From Actinomycetota bacterium (GTDB taxonomy: Bacteria > Actinomycetota > Actinomycetes > S36-B12): a DNA stretch of 64,000 bases. The translations under genes and the position numbers were made by a program. This document shows positions 28,007 to 39,320 of the stretch, piece after piece. Each line of letters begins with the position of its first letter. Position 1 is the stretch's first letter. The notes below the pieces were generated by a model that made no database searches, had not been told where the DNA came from, and worked only from the letters and a program-made list of their open reading frames with translations. The stretch lies in assembly GCA_030684515.1 (NCBI GenBank), contig JAUXVJ010000024.1:39663-103662 (forward strand), in the 5' to 3' direction.

Positions 28007-30711
28007 ACCTTTGCGACCGAGGCAACGACCCCCCGATTGACCAGATCTGCAGCTTTTGCAGCAGTGAATCGAAGTGGATGATCAGTTGGCACGGCCTGAG
28101 AGATTTGACCCAGCAGGTCGATGACCTGACGAGACCAGCGAACGAAGTCGCCGGCTGTCAGATCCTCGCGAGTCAGGATTGAATACAAACTGTTGCCCTG
28201 ACACCAGCGGTAGACCGGCCACACAAAGCCGGAATCCATCATTCTCGTGGCGTGCAGGCCGTGCCCGGCTTCAATCTCATGGATGTCGGACCACATGCTC
28301 TGCATCTCTTCAAAAGCCGAGCGGATCGGACCATTGGGGACCTTGGGCGCATCGTCCTCTGAACTGCGCGCCTCGAAGACCAATGTTGAGCACACAGCTG
28401 CCAGCTCGGCGGGGGTGAGCTGATCCCATGTGCCTGAGCGAAGACACATGGCGGTCAGGAGGTCTGCCTCGGTGTACAAGCCCATCAAGAGTTGTCCCTC
28501 TTCAGTGACTTTGGCCTGGTCGTCCGCTGAGGTCAGGTAGTCAAGTTCCACGAGCACTTCACAGATTCGATCGAAGTGGCGCGCGATTGAATTTGTGCGA
28601 CCTTCAACTCGGCGCTCCAGCTCGTGGATCTCTCGCTGCGCGCGGTGGTAGCGCTCTGCCCAGCGCGCGTGCTGCTCGCGGTCATTGCATCCGTGACATT
28701 CGTGCTGACGCAATTGAGAACGTAGCTGTGTCACCAGCTCGTCCTCATTGCGCACATGCTTGTGCTTGGCCCCTCCAGCGCGATCGCCAGCAATTTCTCG
28801 CAGCGAAGAGGCAAGATCGCGTCGCGACTGGGCATTGCGAGCCGAGAAGGTCTTGGGGATGCGGAGTCTGCCGACGATTTCAAACAGCGGATTGACTTCA
28901 AGGCTGGAGATTCTCAGCACCTGTCGTTCTGAAGTCAGCACCAATGGCCGCGGATCGGATGCATTGCCGTCAAAACCGGTATCCAGTACTACTGCCGGCC
29001 CGGCTCGCCTTCCGGCGGGAATGATGATCACATCCCCTGGCTTCAGTGATCGCAGAATGTCGCTGGCGCTCTCGCGGCGCTGCGCTGCAGCTGATCGGTT
29101 GACATCTTTTTCGCGCCGCGAGATCTGCTCCCGCAAGGCGGAGTACTCGACAAAGTCGCCCAGGTGGCAAGCCATCGCATCGCGGTAGCCGTCCAGACCT
29201 TCCTCCAGACGACGAATCTGAGTAGCAAGTCCGACAACAGAACGATCAGCCTGGAACTGCGAGAAGGATGTTTCCAGTACCTCTCTGGCCGTGTGGCGTC
29301 CTAGACGCGAGACAAGATTGACAGCCATGTTGTACGAGGGCTGAAAGGAGGATCGCAAGGGATAGGTACGTGTGGATGCCAGACCGGCTACTGCCCGAGG
29401 GTCAAGGCCCTCCTGCCACAGCACTACTCCATGGCCCTCAATATCGATGCCACGTCTACCTGCGCGACCGGTGAGTTGGGTGTACTCCCCCGGGGTCAGC
29501 TCAACGTGGGTCTCGCCATTCCACTTGACCAATTTCTCCAAGACCACGGAGCGCGCGGGCATGTTGATACCCAAGGCCAGAGTCTCAGTTGCGAACACCA
29601 CCTTGATGTAGCCCCGTTGGAACAGCGTCTCAACAACTTCCTTGAATGCAGGGAGCAGACCGGCGTGGTGCTCGGCAATGCCTCGCTCCAGTCCGTCCAG
29701 CCAGTCATCAAAACCCAAGGCCAAGAGATCGTCATCAGGAAGATGTCGCGTTGCCTCAAGTGCATACTCGCGCACTTCATCGCGCTCATGCTTGGAGTTC
29801 AATCGCAATCCCGCGGCTAGACATTGCTGAACCGCATCATCACAACCCTTGCGACTGAACAGGAAGTAGATAGCCGGGAGCAGTCCGGCGCCCTCCAATT
29901 GCGAGACAACATCACTTCGATACGGCGTCAAACCGTTGCGTCTGCGTGCATTGCGATCGGGCCGTCCGCCTTTGCGTCCGGGATCCCGACCCAGCCGCTC
30001 GAGTTCAGGATTGACTACTTCTTGCGCATCGTCGACGAAGAGGTCGTACATCCGGTGCCCAGCGATCACGTGCTGCCACAAGGGAACCGGGCGATGCTCT
30101 TCAACAATGATGTCGGTTTCGCCTCGGACGGTGGAAAGCCAGGCGCCAAACTCCTCAGCGTTGCTCACTGTGGCAGACAGCGCGGCAATGCTTACTGACT
30201 GAGGGAGGTGAATCATCACCTCCTCCCAGACTGCACCACGAAAGCGATCAGCCAGATAGTGCACTTCGTCCATCACCACGTAAGAGAGGTTGTTCAGGGT
30301 GCTGGATTGCGCGTAGAGCATGTTGCGGAGAACTTCCGTGGTCATCACAACAATCGACGCTTCACTGTTGATCGACGTGTCGCCGGTCAACAGACCGATG
30401 TGCTCAGTGCCGAAATGATCGACCAGGTCGTGGTACTTCTGATTTGAGAGCGCCTTGATTGGCGTGGTGTAGAAGCACTTGCGGCCTGCCTGAAGCGCCA
30501 GATAGACAGCGAATTCACCGACTACGGTCTTGCCAGCGCCGGTTGGCGCTGCGACCAGCACGCTGCGTCCGCGCTCCAAGCTCGCGCATGCTTCCCGTTG
30601 GAAATCGTCGAGACCAAATGAGTAGTCCGCTGCAAAGGCCTGCATGAGTGGTGTCCGGGCACGTTCGCGCGAGGCGGCATATCGCTCTGCAGGACTACTC
30701 GTCATTGTCAT
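28003..30711 (-). CDS. helY: Ski2-like DEAD/DEAH-box helicase HelY
   Basis: 902 aa. Walker A APTGAGKT, DEVH box, SAT motif, and a C-terminal DSHCT-like domain. Confidence 0.9.
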   Translation of the reverse strand: MTMTSSPAERYAASRERARTPLMQAFAADYSFGLDDFQREACASLERGRSVLVAAPTGAGKTVVGEFAVYLALQAGRKCFYTTPIKALSNQKYHDLVDHFGTEHIGLLTGDTSINSEASIVVMTTEVLRNMLYAQSSTLNNLSYVVMDEVHYLADRFRGAVWEEVMIHLPQSVSIAALSATVSNAEEFGAWLSTVRGETDIIVEEHRPVPLWQHVIAGHRMYDLFVDDAQEVVNPELERLGRDPGRKGGRPDRNARRRNGLTPYRSDVVSQLEGAGLLPAIYFLFSRKGCDDAVQQCLAAGLRLNSKHERDEVREYALEATRHLPDDDLLALGFDDWLDGLERGIAEHHAGLLPAFKEVVETLFQRGYIKVVFATETLALGINMPARSVVLEKLVKWNGETHVELTPGEYTQLTGRAGRRGIDIEGHGVVLWQEGLDPRAVAGLASTRTYPLRSSFQPSYNMAVNLVSRLGRHTAREVLETSFSQFQADRSVVGLATQIRRLEEGLDGYRDAMACHLGDFVEYSALREQISRREKDVNRSAAAQRRESASDILRSLKPGDVIIIPAGRRAGPAVVLDTGFDGNASDPRPLVLTSERQVLRISSLEVNPLFEIVGRLRIPKTFSARNAQSRRDLASSLREIAGDRAGGAKHKHVRNEDELVTQLRSQLRQHECHGCNDREQHARWAERYHRAQREIHELERRVEGRTNSIARHFDRICEVLVELDYLTSADDQAKVTEEGQLLMGLYTEADLLTAMCLRSGTWDQLTPAELAAVCSTLVFEARSSEDDAPKVPNGPIRSAFEEMQSMWSDIHEIEAGHGLHATRMMDSGFVWPVYRWCQGNSLYSILTREDLTAGDFVRWSRQVIDLLGQISQAVPTDHPLRFTAAKAADLVNRGVVASVAKV

Positions 30712-31528
30712 CCAGATTCAGCGGTGAGATCTCATCATCGCCCAAGTCGGAGAAATCGCCATTGCGGGCGCGCTTGCGCGCGCGCCTTTTGTCATTCAGA
30801 AGCGAGAAGCAGATCGCAAACGTCACCAACAGCAGAATTGGGCCCGCAAGCAGACTCATGTTGATCGGATCTCCGGTGGGCGTGGCAACTGCCGCGAAGA
30901 TGAAAATAATGAAAATGATCCAACGCCACCAGCCCAACAGGCGCTTGCCGGTGAGGATTCCGGCCATGTTCAAGGCAATCAGCACCAAGGGGGCCAAGAA
31001 GCCCACGCAGAAGACGAGCACCATGCGTAAGAAGAATGACAAGTAGCGATCCACGGACACGATGTTGGCGACGCCATCGGGCGTGAAGCCAAACAGGAGG
31101 TCCAAGCCAATTGGCAACACCGAATACGCGACGAAGACTCCCGCTAGGACAAGCGGAAATGCGACCGCCACGAAGCCAAGCGCCCAGCGGCGCTCATGCT
31201 TGTGCAATCCGGGGGTGATGAAGCGCCACAGTTGGTAGAGCCACACGGGTGCGCTCAGCAGCAGACCTGCGACCGCGGCAACCTGCAGCTGGAGCACGAA
31301 GGGGTCGGCTACCCCCGTCAAAGCCAAAGTGATCTCTCGACCCTGTTCCTTTGCTTCGGCAACGACGTCGTTGAAAGGCGCGCTGATCCAGGCAAACAAC
31401 TGGGGATAGAAAAACCAGCCAATGACCATGCCAATGATCACGGCAATTGCTGACTTCACCGTGCGCGAACGCAGTTCGCGAAGGTGCTCCGTCAGCGGCA
31501 TTGCCACTGATCGGTCGGTACGGGACAT
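30695..31528 (-). CDS. tatC: Twin-arginine translocase subunit TatC
   Basis: 277 aa with 6 TM segments. N-terminal MPLTEHLRELRSR motif. Confidence 0.9.
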   Translation of the reverse strand: MSRTDRSVAMPLTEHLRELRSRTVKSAIAVIIGMVIGWFFYPQLFAWISAPFNDVVAEAKEQGREITLALTGVADPFVLQLQVAAVAGLLLSAPVWLYQLWRFITPGLHKHERRWALGFVAVAFPLVLAGVFVAYSVLPIGLDLLFGFTPDGVANIVSVDRYLSFFLRMVLVFCVGFLAPLVLIALNMAGILTGKRLLGWWRWIIFIIFIFAAVATPTGDPINMSLLAGPILLLVTFAICFSLLNDKRRARKRARNGDFSDLGDDEISPLNLDDNDE

Positions 31529-31536
31529 CCAGGCGG

Positions 31537-31737
31537 CTACTCGTCAGTCGTCTTCTTGACTGCAGCATCCTCAGGGGTCGGGTCAGATTCGGTGAGGCCC
31601 TTTGTTTCAGCCTTGAAGATGCGCAGGGAGCGGCCAAGTCCACGAGCTGCATCGGGAAGGCGCTTAGCCCCAAACAGCAAGGCGATGACCAAGACGATGA
31701 TCAGGATCTCAGGTGCGCCAAAACTCTTGAACATCAA
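31537..31737 (-). CDS. tatA: Twin-arginine translocase subunit TatA
   Basis: 66 aa. [36 protein letters not shown]. Confidence 0.9.
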   Translation of the reverse strand: MMFKSFGAPEILIIVLVIALLFGAKRLPDAARGLGRSLRIFKAETKGLTESDPTPEDAAVKKTTDE

Positions 31738-31761
31738 CCAGTCCTTCGTAGGGGAATATGG

Positions 31762-32679
31762 TCAAGAGTACGACGAGAGGGCCGCGAGTGCTGCATCCGC
31801 CACCCACTGTCTGGCTTCTTGAGGGGAGATGACCTGCATCTGCCCCGCAAGTGACAGTACGACCCGGTTGAGCCATTCCAGGTCCTGATACGCCAGTTCA
31901 GCCTCAAAGCGCCCGTCGGTCAACTCCACGACGTTCGTCAAGGGATAGATGTCCAAGGCCCAGCGACTGCTGGGAGCAATGCGTACCTGCGCTGTGAGTA
32001 CTTTGGCCGAAGCAGTGGTGCCGGGGCTTTCAGAGGTGTCGGACTCCCCCAGTTCGGCGGACAAAATGCGATCGACCCTGAATGTTCGTATCGCCTCAGC
32101 CCGCTGGCAGTAGGCCTCGAGATAGAGCCGGCCTTCAGTGGTGACGATCTGTTTGGGGTGCACGACTCGCTCGGTCACCGCGTCGTCTGTTCGCGCCGCG
32201 TACACGATGTGAAGGGTCCGCTTGTCTGTCAGGGCAGTATCAATGGCATCGAGCACTGCTGTTGTCACACCGCTTTCCACCATGACGCCAGCTGAAGCAG
32301 CCGGAGCGCCCAAGGCCACTTCCAGGCGAGAGATCACCTTGTGCAAGGTGGCTCTATCATGCGTTCCCGGAACCTGGAGCAGCAGTCGCAGCGCCACAAG
32401 CAGGGACATGATCTCGTCACCGCTCAAGCGCAGCGGACGATCCAACGTCTGCGGATCGATGACATGAATGCGACCGTCATCCCAGAACTGGATGTCAACC
32501 AGTTGATCTGGTCCGTGACCCGGAAGTCCACACACGACCAAGAGCCACAGGTCCTTCTCGCACTGTTCAACTGAGATGCCAAAGTGCTCAGCGGCTTCCT
32601 TGATACTGACGCCGTCGTGAGCGACCAGCCACGGAACCATGGTCATCAAGCGTGACAGGCGCGAACCGGAATCGCTCAT
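31762..32679 (-). CDS. pafC: WYL-domain transcriptional regulator PafC
   Basis: 305 aa. HTH + WYL architecture. Second gene of the overlapping pafB-pafC pair, downstream of pafA. Confidence 0.8.
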   Translation of the reverse strand: MSDSGSRLSRLMTMVPWLVAHDGVSIKEAAEHFGISVEQCEKDLWLLVVCGLPGHGPDQLVDIQFWDDGRIHVIDPQTLDRPLRLSGDEIMSLLVALRLLLQVPGTHDRATLHKVISRLEVALGAPAASAGVMVESGVTTAVLDAIDTALTDKRTLHIVYAARTDDAVTERVVHPKQIVTTEGRLYLEAYCQRAEAIRTFRVDRILSAELGESDTSESPGTTASAKVLTAQVRIAPSSRWALDIYPLTNVVELTDGRFEAELAYQDLEWLNRVVLSLAGQMQVISPQEARQWVADAALAALSSYS

Positions 32680-33638
32680 GCGTTCGCCCCCGCGTGGGAT
32701 TCCACGACAGTCATCAGTGCCTGCATGACCTTGGTGCGGACGTCGGGCGGTTCAAGGACTGCAACGCCTGCCCCTGCCGCACACAGTTGCGAGATCAGGA
32801 CATCCTCAGAGATTGCCGTGACCAAGAGCTCAACATCCTGAAAGGGATCGCCTGAGAAGTCATTTGCTGCCCGCAATTGAGCTCCCTGGCCCGCCTTGAT
32901 CAGCACTCGTGCCCGCGCGGGATTCTCGGCTTCAGCGCCTCGCACAATCTCTGCCAGATCAATGCCATTGGGCCGGCCATGCTCGATTGGGCGAGCTGTG
33001 AGCGTGACGGATCCGCTGATGCGTGAGACCCGAAACGTGCGTCGCTCATCTCGATCCAGGTCGTGCCCCACGAGATACCACTGGCCGTCGTGGGCAATGA
33101 CTCCCCAAGGGTCCAAGCTGCGCAGAACCGCTTGCTCATCTTGCCTACCGCGGTAGTCAAACGTCACAACCCTCTGCTCACGCAGTGCAGCCATAAGCGG
33201 AAGCAGGGCCGCATCGGTTGCTGTCATGCGGACGTCATTGAATTCGCGCAATTCAGGGGCATCGCCCGAAATTGACTCAATCTTGCGAAGGGCCGTGATG
33301 GCTGGGGCTTCAAGCACGGCTGCCTGCCAGGTGGCAGCCGCCAGCGCAATGACAGCAAGCTCATCAGCATCGAAGGTGAGCTCTTCATTCGTCAATTGGC
33401 GACGGATGACATAGCCCTCAACATCACCACTGGCATCCAGCACCGTCTCAACGGGAATGCCCATGCTGCGCAGCGCATCCTTGTCGCGCTCGAACATGCG
33501 TTCAAAGGCCACTTCTGATGCATCACCGCTATACCCGGCCACGGCGCGCCGGATCTCGGATCTGGGCACTGGCCTCGGCGATCCGAGCAAGCAGAACACC
33601 ACATTGAGCAAACGCTCAGTGCGATCGACACGAGCCAA
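32676..33638 (-). CDS. pafB: WYL-domain transcriptional regulator PafB
   Basis: 320 aa, paralogous to PafC, with a 4-nt overlap. DGQWYLVGHD WYL core. Confidence 0.8.
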   Translation of the reverse strand: MARVDRTERLLNVVFCLLGSPRPVPRSEIRRAVAGYSGDASEVAFERMFERDKDALRSMGIPVETVLDASGDVEGYVIRRQLTNEELTFDADELAVIALAAATWQAAVLEAPAITALRKIESISGDAPELREFNDVRMTATDAALLPLMAALREQRVVTFDYRGRQDEQAVLRSLDPWGVIAHDGQWYLVGHDLDRDERRTFRVSRISGSVTLTARPIEHGRPNGIDLAEIVRGAEAENPARARVLIKAGQGAQLRAANDFSGDPFQDVELLVTAISEDVLISQLCAAGAGVAVLEPPDVRTKVMQALMTVVESHAGANA

Positions 33639-33644
33639 GGGTGC

Positions 33645-34004
33645 CTAGCCGACGTTCAGCAGGTCGATGACGAAGACCAGAGTCTGGCCAGCCAGGCGAT
33701 GTCCGCCTGATTCGCCGTAGGCAAGAGCCGGTGGAATGACCAACTGGCGGCGTCCCCCGACTTTCATTCCGGGGATGCCTTCCTGCCAGCCCGCAATCAG
33801 ACCGTTCAGGGGAAAGGTGATCGACTCGCCACGATCCCAGGAGGAGTCAAACTGCTCTCCGGAGGTGAATTCCACCCCCAGATAGTGCACTTCTACTCGA
33901 CCACCGGGGACAGCCTCTGCGCCATCACCGACAATCAGATCAGTGATGACCAAGGTCGTGGGCGCGGGCCCTTCAATGAAGTCAATTTCCGGCTTCTGCG
34001 TCAT
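33645..34004 (-). CDS. FKBP-type peptidyl-prolyl cis-trans isomerase
   Basis: 119 aa. VHYLGVEFTSGEQFDSSWDRGE...GLIAGWQEGIPGMKVGGRR...LVFVIDLL. Confidence 0.9.
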   Translation of the reverse strand: MTQKPEIDFIEGPAPTTLVITDLIVGDGAEAVPGGRVEVHYLGVEFTSGEQFDSSWDRGESITFPLNGLIAGWQEGIPGMKVGGRRQLVIPPALAYGESGGHRLAGQTLVFVIDLLNVG

Positions 34005-34013
34005 GCCTCAACC

Positions 34014-34601
34014 CTAGTTCTCGATGGAGATCAACTGGACAACAAAGGCCAGCGATTCATCAGGCAGGATGCCACTGCCCGCTGGTGGGTTGGATCCATA
34101 TCCGGCGGCGCCCGGAATGATCAGCAGGCGCTCCTCCCCCAGCTTCATGCCGGGCATGCCCTGTCCCCAGCCGGGAATCAATTGACTCAGTGGGTACGTG
34201 ATCGGAGCACCATTGGCCCATGAGGAATCGAACTGCTGCTGGCTGACCAGACCAACGCCGCAGTAATTGAAGGTGATGGTGTCGGTGGCTGTCATGGCCT
34301 GCCCCTTGCCGGAACTCAGAGTCTTGGCGATGACCTCGGTGGCTGCCGGAAGTGCCGGTGCCACAGTGATGACTGGTGCGAGATCAGTGTCTTCAACAGT
34401 GACGCCCGCAACAGTGGTGCCACGCGTTGGCGCAGACTCTGAATCAACTGGGCTGCCACCAGTGATCGCGCACTGAGAGGTCACGTAGCTGCTGCCGCTG
34501 ACTGGTGCTGCTGGACTGGAAGCATCTGACGGGCTGGCTTCTTGAGAAGAACAGGCCGCCAATAGGAGCCCCGCGGCCAGAAGGATCGCATATTTACGCA
34601 T
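34014..34601 (-). CDS. FKBP-type peptidyl-prolyl isomerase lipoprotein
   Basis: 195 aa. Lipobox LLLAACSS plus a C-terminal FKBP domain. Confidence 0.85.
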   Translation of the reverse strand: MRKYAILLAAGLLLAACSSQEASPSDASSPAAPVSGSSYVTSQCAITGGSPVDSESAPTRGTTVAGVTVEDTDLAPVITVAPALPAATEVIAKTLSSGKGQAMTATDTITFNYCGVGLVSQQQFDSSWANGAPITYPLSQLIPGWGQGMPGMKLGEERLLIIPGAAGYGSNPPAGSGILPDESLAFVVQLISIEN

Positions 34602-34641
34602 GGCGTGAGCCTAGTATGACGACTGGACTGCTCACCGTGCC

Positions 34642-36006
34642 CTACATCAAAGCGATGAGCCTCTCAACACGTTCATCTACGGCTGTGAACGGGTCTTTGC
34701 ACAGCACCGTCCGTTGCGCTTGGTCATTGAGCTTCAGGTGAACCCAGTCAACGGTGTAGTCCCGATGATTTTCCTGCGCACTCTTGATGAAGTCGCCCCG
34801 CAATTTTGCTCTCGTGTTCTGCGGAGGAATCGACTTGGCTTCAAAGACTTCCAAATCCTTGGAGATCCGGTTGACCATCCCGCGCCGTTCGAGCAGGTAG
34901 AACAGTCCTCGATTGCGGGTGATGTCGTGATAGGCCAAATCGATCTGCGCAATGCGTGGGGAGTCAAGGCCCAGATCATGCTTATCCATATAGCGATCGA
35001 TCAGTTTCTTCTTGATGACCCAATCCACATCACGATCCAGAGCATCAAGATCGCCCGCTTCCAAAGCGATGAGCGACTTTTCCCACAGAGCGAGCACCTG
35101 ACGATGTATTGGATCCTCACGCAAGCCACGGCTGTCTGCGAAGTCGCTGGCCTTCTCGTAGTACTCCGATTGAATCTGGATAGCTGTGAGATCCCTGCCG
35201 GTGCTGAGTTTCACCTCCGTCTTGCAAGTGGAGTCGTGGCTGATCTCGCGGATCGATCGAATGGGGTTTTCAAGGCTCATGTCGCGCATCACCACGCCAC
35301 CTTCAAGCATGCGCAAGACCAGGTCCACGATGCCGACCTTGAGCATTGTGGTCATCTCACTCATGTTGGAATCACCGACGATTACGTGCAGGCGTCGATA
35401 AAGCTCTGCGTCAGCGTGCGGCTCGTCTCTGGTATTGATGATTGGCCGCGAGCGCGTGGTGGCGCTGGAAAGGCCCTCCCAGATGTGATCGGCACGCTGG
35501 CTCAGCGCATAGATCGGGCCGCGCGGAGTCTGTAGCACTTTGCCTGCCCCGGTAACGATCTGGCGAGTGATGAAGAAGGGAATCAGACGCTCAGCAAGCC
35601 TGGCAAAATCACCATGACGCTCCACGAGGTAGTTCTCATGGCAGCCGTAGGAGTTGCCGCCGGAGTCAGTGTTGTTCTTGAACAGGTAGATGTCTCCATT
35701 GATGCCTTCGGCGCGAAGACGCTCCTCGCCGTCGTAGACAAGGCCCTCAAGAATGCGATCACCTGCGCGGTCATGAGTGATGAGCAGTGGAACGCTGTCG
35801 CACTCAGGTGTTGCGTATTCAGGGTGACTGCCGACATCCAGATAGAGCCGAGAGCCGTTGCGCAAGAAGACATTGCTGCTGCGGCCCCATGAGACAACTC
35901 GACGAAACAGGTAGCGGGCCACTTCGTCAGGGCTGAGTCGACGCTGTCCTTGAAAAGTGCAGGTCACTCCGAATTCGGTCTCTAGTCCGAAGATCCTGCG
36001 GTTCAT
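34642..36006 (-). CDS. pafA: Pup--protein ligase PafA
   Basis: 454 aa. [13 protein letters not shown] start, carboxylate-amine ligase fold, and no Dop-specific insert. Confidence 0.92.
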   Translation of the reverse strand: MNRRIFGLETEFGVTCTFQGQRRLSPDEVARYLFRRVVSWGRSSNVFLRNGSRLYLDVGSHPEYATPECDSVPLLITHDRAGDRILEGLVYDGEERLRAEGINGDIYLFKNNTDSGGNSYGCHENYLVERHGDFARLAERLIPFFITRQIVTGAGKVLQTPRGPIYALSQRADHIWEGLSSATTRSRPIINTRDEPHADAELYRRLHVIVGDSNMSEMTTMLKVGIVDLVLRMLEGGVVMRDMSLENPIRSIREISHDSTCKTEVKLSTGRDLTAIQIQSEYYEKASDFADSRGLREDPIHRQVLALWEKSLIALEAGDLDALDRDVDWVIKKKLIDRYMDKHDLGLDSPRIAQIDLAYHDITRNRGLFYLLERRGMVNRISKDLEVFEAKSIPPQNTRAKLRGDFIKSAQENHRDYTVDWVHLKLNDQAQRTVLCKDPFTAVDERVERLIALM

Positions 36007-36015
36007 CTGCCCACA

Positions 36016-36705
36016 CTAGGCCAGAAGAGTGTCCAGACGACTGCCATTGATGCGTACAAAGGTCCGGCGCGGGCGGGTGCGATCAAGCACAGCAACTTCC
36101 AGTGCTGCCGGCTCAAGTGTGCGAGATTCTTCAGCGCCGAATTCGCCGAGCAATCGCACTGCGAGCTTCAAGGAGTCGGCGAGTGACATTCCGGCGTGCC
36201 ATTGCTCCTCCAGAGCTGATGTGATGCTCTCTGCCTGGCCACCCATCGCGACGTAGCCCTGCTCGTCGGCTACCGAACCGTCGAAAGTGAGCCGGTAGAG
36301 CTGATCCTCGCTGGAGTCCTCGCCAATCTCGGCCACCACGATCTCGACTTCATAGGGCTTGGGCATCTCGGTGAAGATCGTGCCGAGAGTCTGGGCGTAG
36401 GCATTGGCGAGGCTGCGTCCGGTGACATCGCGCCGGTCGTAGGAGTAACCGCGCATATCTGCAAGTCGCACACCGGCAACTCGGAGATTCTCGAATTCGT
36501 TGTATTTTCCGACGGCCGCGAAGCCGATGCGGTCATAGATCTCGCTGATCTTGTGCAGCGCACGCGAAGGATTCTCAGCGACGAAAAGCACACCATCTGA
36601 ATACTCGACAACGATGACGCTGCGCCCACGGGCGATCCCCTTGCGGGCGTAATCGGCCTTGTCCTTGATGATCTGCTCGGGCGCGACATAGAAGGGCATA
36701 CTCAC
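36016..36705 (-). CDS. prcA: 20S proteasome alpha subunit
   Basis: 229 aa. [29 protein letters not shown]. Confidence 0.92.
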   Translation of the reverse strand: MSMPFYVAPEQIIKDKADYARKGIARGRSVIVVEYSDGVLFVAENPSRALHKISEIYDRIGFAAVGKYNEFENLRVAGVRLADMRGYSYDRRDVTGRSLANAYAQTLGTIFTEMPKPYEVEIVVAEIGEDSSEDQLYRLTFDGSVADEQGYVAMGGQAESITSALEEQWHAGMSLADSLKLAVRLLGEFGAEESRTLEPAALEVAVLDRTRPRRTFVRINGSRLDTLLA

Positions 36706-37550
36706 TGTGCATCCTCCATTGGCACGAGAGGCCCATCTGGGCGTCGTTGACGTGCTTGAACAATGGTGGTCACATATGCGGCGAGCTCGTCCTCTTGGAG
36801 CAGGCGCACCCCCACCGCATCAGTCACTGCGATGACCGGGAAGATCCCGCGAGCCAGATCAGGACCGCCCGTTGCACTGTCGTCATCTGCTGCGTCGTAC
36901 AGAGCCTCAAGGGCGACCATGATTGCCTGCTCGGCCGACATGTTCTCGCGATACATCTTCTTCATCGAGTTCTTGGCGAAGAATCCACCCGATCCCACAG
37001 AGTGATAGTCGTGCTCTTCATAGCGACCGCCGGTGACGTCATACGAGAAGATCCGTCCGCGTTCGCGATCAAGGTCATAGCCGGCGAACATTGGCACGAC
37101 CGCCAGCCCCTGCATCGCCATACCGAGGTTGCCGCGCAGAAGCCCAGACAGTCGATTGGCCTTGCCGTCCAGGCTCAGCTGCACGCCCTCGATCTTCTCG
37201 TAATGCTCAAGTTCAACCTGAAAGAGGCGAACAAGCTCAAGTGCAATACCGGCAGCTCCCGCGATGCCGATGGTTGAATGCTCATCAGCCTGAAAGACTT
37301 TCTCGATATCGCGTTGAGAGATCACATTGCCCATAGTCGCGCGACGATCGCCCGCCATGATCGCGCCAAAGCTGCCGCGCAAGGCCACGATTGTGGTGGC
37401 ATGAGGTGCAAGGGTGCTGGAGTCCACAGCAGGATTCAGTAGCAAACGCGCACTGAGTACGTCAGGCGCAAGGTCGGCAAGAAAATCAGCAAACGAGGGC
37501 GAGCCTGAGCGAAGGTAAGCCGCCGGCAGCAGGCCACCACCCGAAGTCAC
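36702..37550 (-). CDS. prcB: 20S proteasome beta subunit (with propeptide)
   Basis: 282 aa. Propeptide followed by the catalytic Thr in HATTIVAL. Confidence 0.92.
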   Translation of the reverse strand: MTSGGGLLPAAYLRSGSPSFADFLADLAPDVLSARLLLNPAVDSSTLAPHATTIVALRGSFGAIMAGDRRATMGNVISQRDIEKVFQADEHSTIGIAGAAGIALELVRLFQVELEHYEKIEGVQLSLDGKANRLSGLLRGNLGMAMQGLAVVPMFAGYDLDRERGRIFSYDVTGGRYEEHDYHSVGSGGFFAKNSMKKMYRENMSAEQAIMVALEALYDAADDDSATGGPDLARGIFPVIAVTDAVGVRLLQEDELAAYVTTIVQARQRRPDGPLVPMEDAQ

Positions 37551-37753
37551 TGACCACCCTTTTGCACGAAGGACTTCACGAAGTCTTCGGCATTGACTTC
37601 AAGCACGTCATCGATCTCATCCAGCATTGAATCAACTTCAGCATCAAGGGCAGCCTTGCGTTCTGTCGCGGCCGCATTCGAGGACACCTGTTCTTCGGGT
37701 ACGTCCTGCGCAGGCCGTGCGGACTTGCGTTCGGCGTTCTCGCGTTGAGGCAT
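37547..37753 (-). CDS. pup: Prokaryotic ubiquitin-like protein Pup
   Basis: 68 aa, acidic and disordered. Ends ...FVQKGGQ, so the C-terminal Gln needs Dop deamidation. Confidence 0.92.
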   Translation of the reverse strand: MPQRENAERKSARPAQDVPEEQVSSNAAATERKAALDAEVDSMLDEIDDVLEVNAEDFVKSFVQKGGQ

Positions 37754-37778
37754 TTGTCTAGGTTACCTGTTCAGGTGA

Positions 37779-39296
37779 CTAAGCACCCAGCAACTCGACC
37801 AGTTCTGAGGCATTTGCTGCGTTGGCAAGCAGTTCGCCAACCAGGGCCTGAGTGCCCTTGGTGGGCTCCATCGTGGGTACCCGTATCAGAGTTTCCTTGC
37901 CAGGCAGGTCAAAGATCAGGGAGTCCCAAGACGCTGCGGAAATCTCATCGGGAAAACGGCGCAGGCATTCGCCGCGGAAATAGGCGCGGGTGTCAGTGGG
38001 TGGATGGAATTGAGCGTGCTCGATCTCCGAGTCGGTCAGCATGCGCACGAGTTGACCGCGCTCTTCCAAGCGCAAGGCCAGACCTTTGTCAGGTCGAATA
38101 TCGGCGTACTGCAGATCGATCGCCTGCAGCTTCGCTGATGACCACTCGAGGTCACCACGGGTGCGATACGCCTCCATCAGCCGGTACTTGGCGACCCAAT
38201 CCAGCACGTCGGCACATTCCATCGGTTCTTCCTCAAGGCGATCAAGCACCCGACCCCATTGAAGAAGGACATCGACTGTCTCCTCGTCAATATCGTCGGC
38301 AAAACTTGAATCGCAGAATTTTGATGCAAGGTTCCAGAACTCTCGCTGCATCTCCAACGCTGTCCAGTTGCGCCCATTCGTGAGAGGCACCCGCTTTTGC
38401 AGAGTGATGTCGTGGCTGACCGCATACATGGATCGGACAGCTTCCGTCGGCGTCATGTCCTTGTCGCTCAAGAAGCCGCTTTCCAGCATGCTGAGCACCA
38501 GCGAGGTCGTGCCCATCTTCAGGTAGGTAGCGGTATCGCTCATGTTTGCATCGCCCACAATCACGTGCAGTCGACGAAAACGTTCTGCATCGCAGTGCGG
38601 CTCATCGCGCGTATTGATGATCGGCCGCTTGAAAGTGGTCTCTAGACCCACTTCGGTCTCAAAGAAGTCCGCACGCTGGCTGATTTGATACTTGAAATCG
38701 CGAGTCTGCTGTCCGACTCCAAGTCGACCAGCACCCGTGAAGATCTGCCGGGAGATGAAGAAGGGTGTCATCCACGCAACGATCGAGGAGAACTCCGTCG
38801 ATCGATTCATGAGGTAGTTCTCATGGCAACCGTACGAGGCGCCCTTGTTGTCGGTGTTGTTCTTGTACAACAGGATCGGCAGGTCAACCCCATCGGTAGT
38901 GGTGTACTGGGCGGCCCGATACATGATCGCGGCACCTGCTCGGTCCCAGAGCGCTGCGTCGCGCGGACCCGTGACCTCAGGCGACGAATACTCCGGATGC
39001 GCGTGATCAACGTAGAAGCGCGCACCATTGGTCAAGATGACATTGGCCATGCCCATGTCATCATCAGTCAACTGCGACGGGTCGGCTTCGGATCGGCTCA
39101 TATCAAAGCCACGAGCATCACGCAGAGGCGCTTCCTCGGAGTAGTCCCACTTGGGATTTCGCTGCCGTCCACGAATGTTGTTGCGTGCGTAGGCATTGAC
39201 CAGCCGAGTGGACGTGGCCATTGCGTTCATGATGCGCACGCCTGGCACGGTGATGCCGTACTCAGTCTCAATGCCCATGATCCGATGCACGGTCAT
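37779..39296 (-). CDS. dop: Pup deamidase/depupylase Dop
   Basis: 505 aa PafA paralogue with the Dop-specific insertion. MTVHRIMGIETEYG. Confidence 0.9.
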   Translation of the reverse strand: MTVHRIMGIETEYGITVPGVRIMNAMATSTRLVNAYARNNIRGRQRNPKWDYSEEAPLRDARGFDMSRSEADPSQLTDDDMGMANVILTNGARFYVDHAHPEYSSPEVTGPRDAALWDRAGAAIMYRAAQYTTTDGVDLPILLYKNNTDNKGASYGCHENYLMNRSTEFSSIVAWMTPFFISRQIFTGAGRLGVGQQTRDFKYQISQRADFFETEVGLETTFKRPIINTRDEPHCDAERFRRLHVIVGDANMSDTATYLKMGTTSLVLSMLESGFLSDKDMTPTEAVRSMYAVSHDITLQKRVPLTNGRNWTALEMQREFWNLASKFCDSSFADDIDEETVDVLLQWGRVLDRLEEEPMECADVLDWVAKYRLMEAYRTRGDLEWSSAKLQAIDLQYADIRPDKGLALRLEERGQLVRMLTDSEIEHAQFHPPTDTRAYFRGECLRRFPDEISAASWDSLIFDLPGKETLIRVPTMEPTKGTQALVGELLANAANASELVELLGA

Positions 39297-39320
39297 GTGG
39301 CACTCACTTTCTGCGCAACC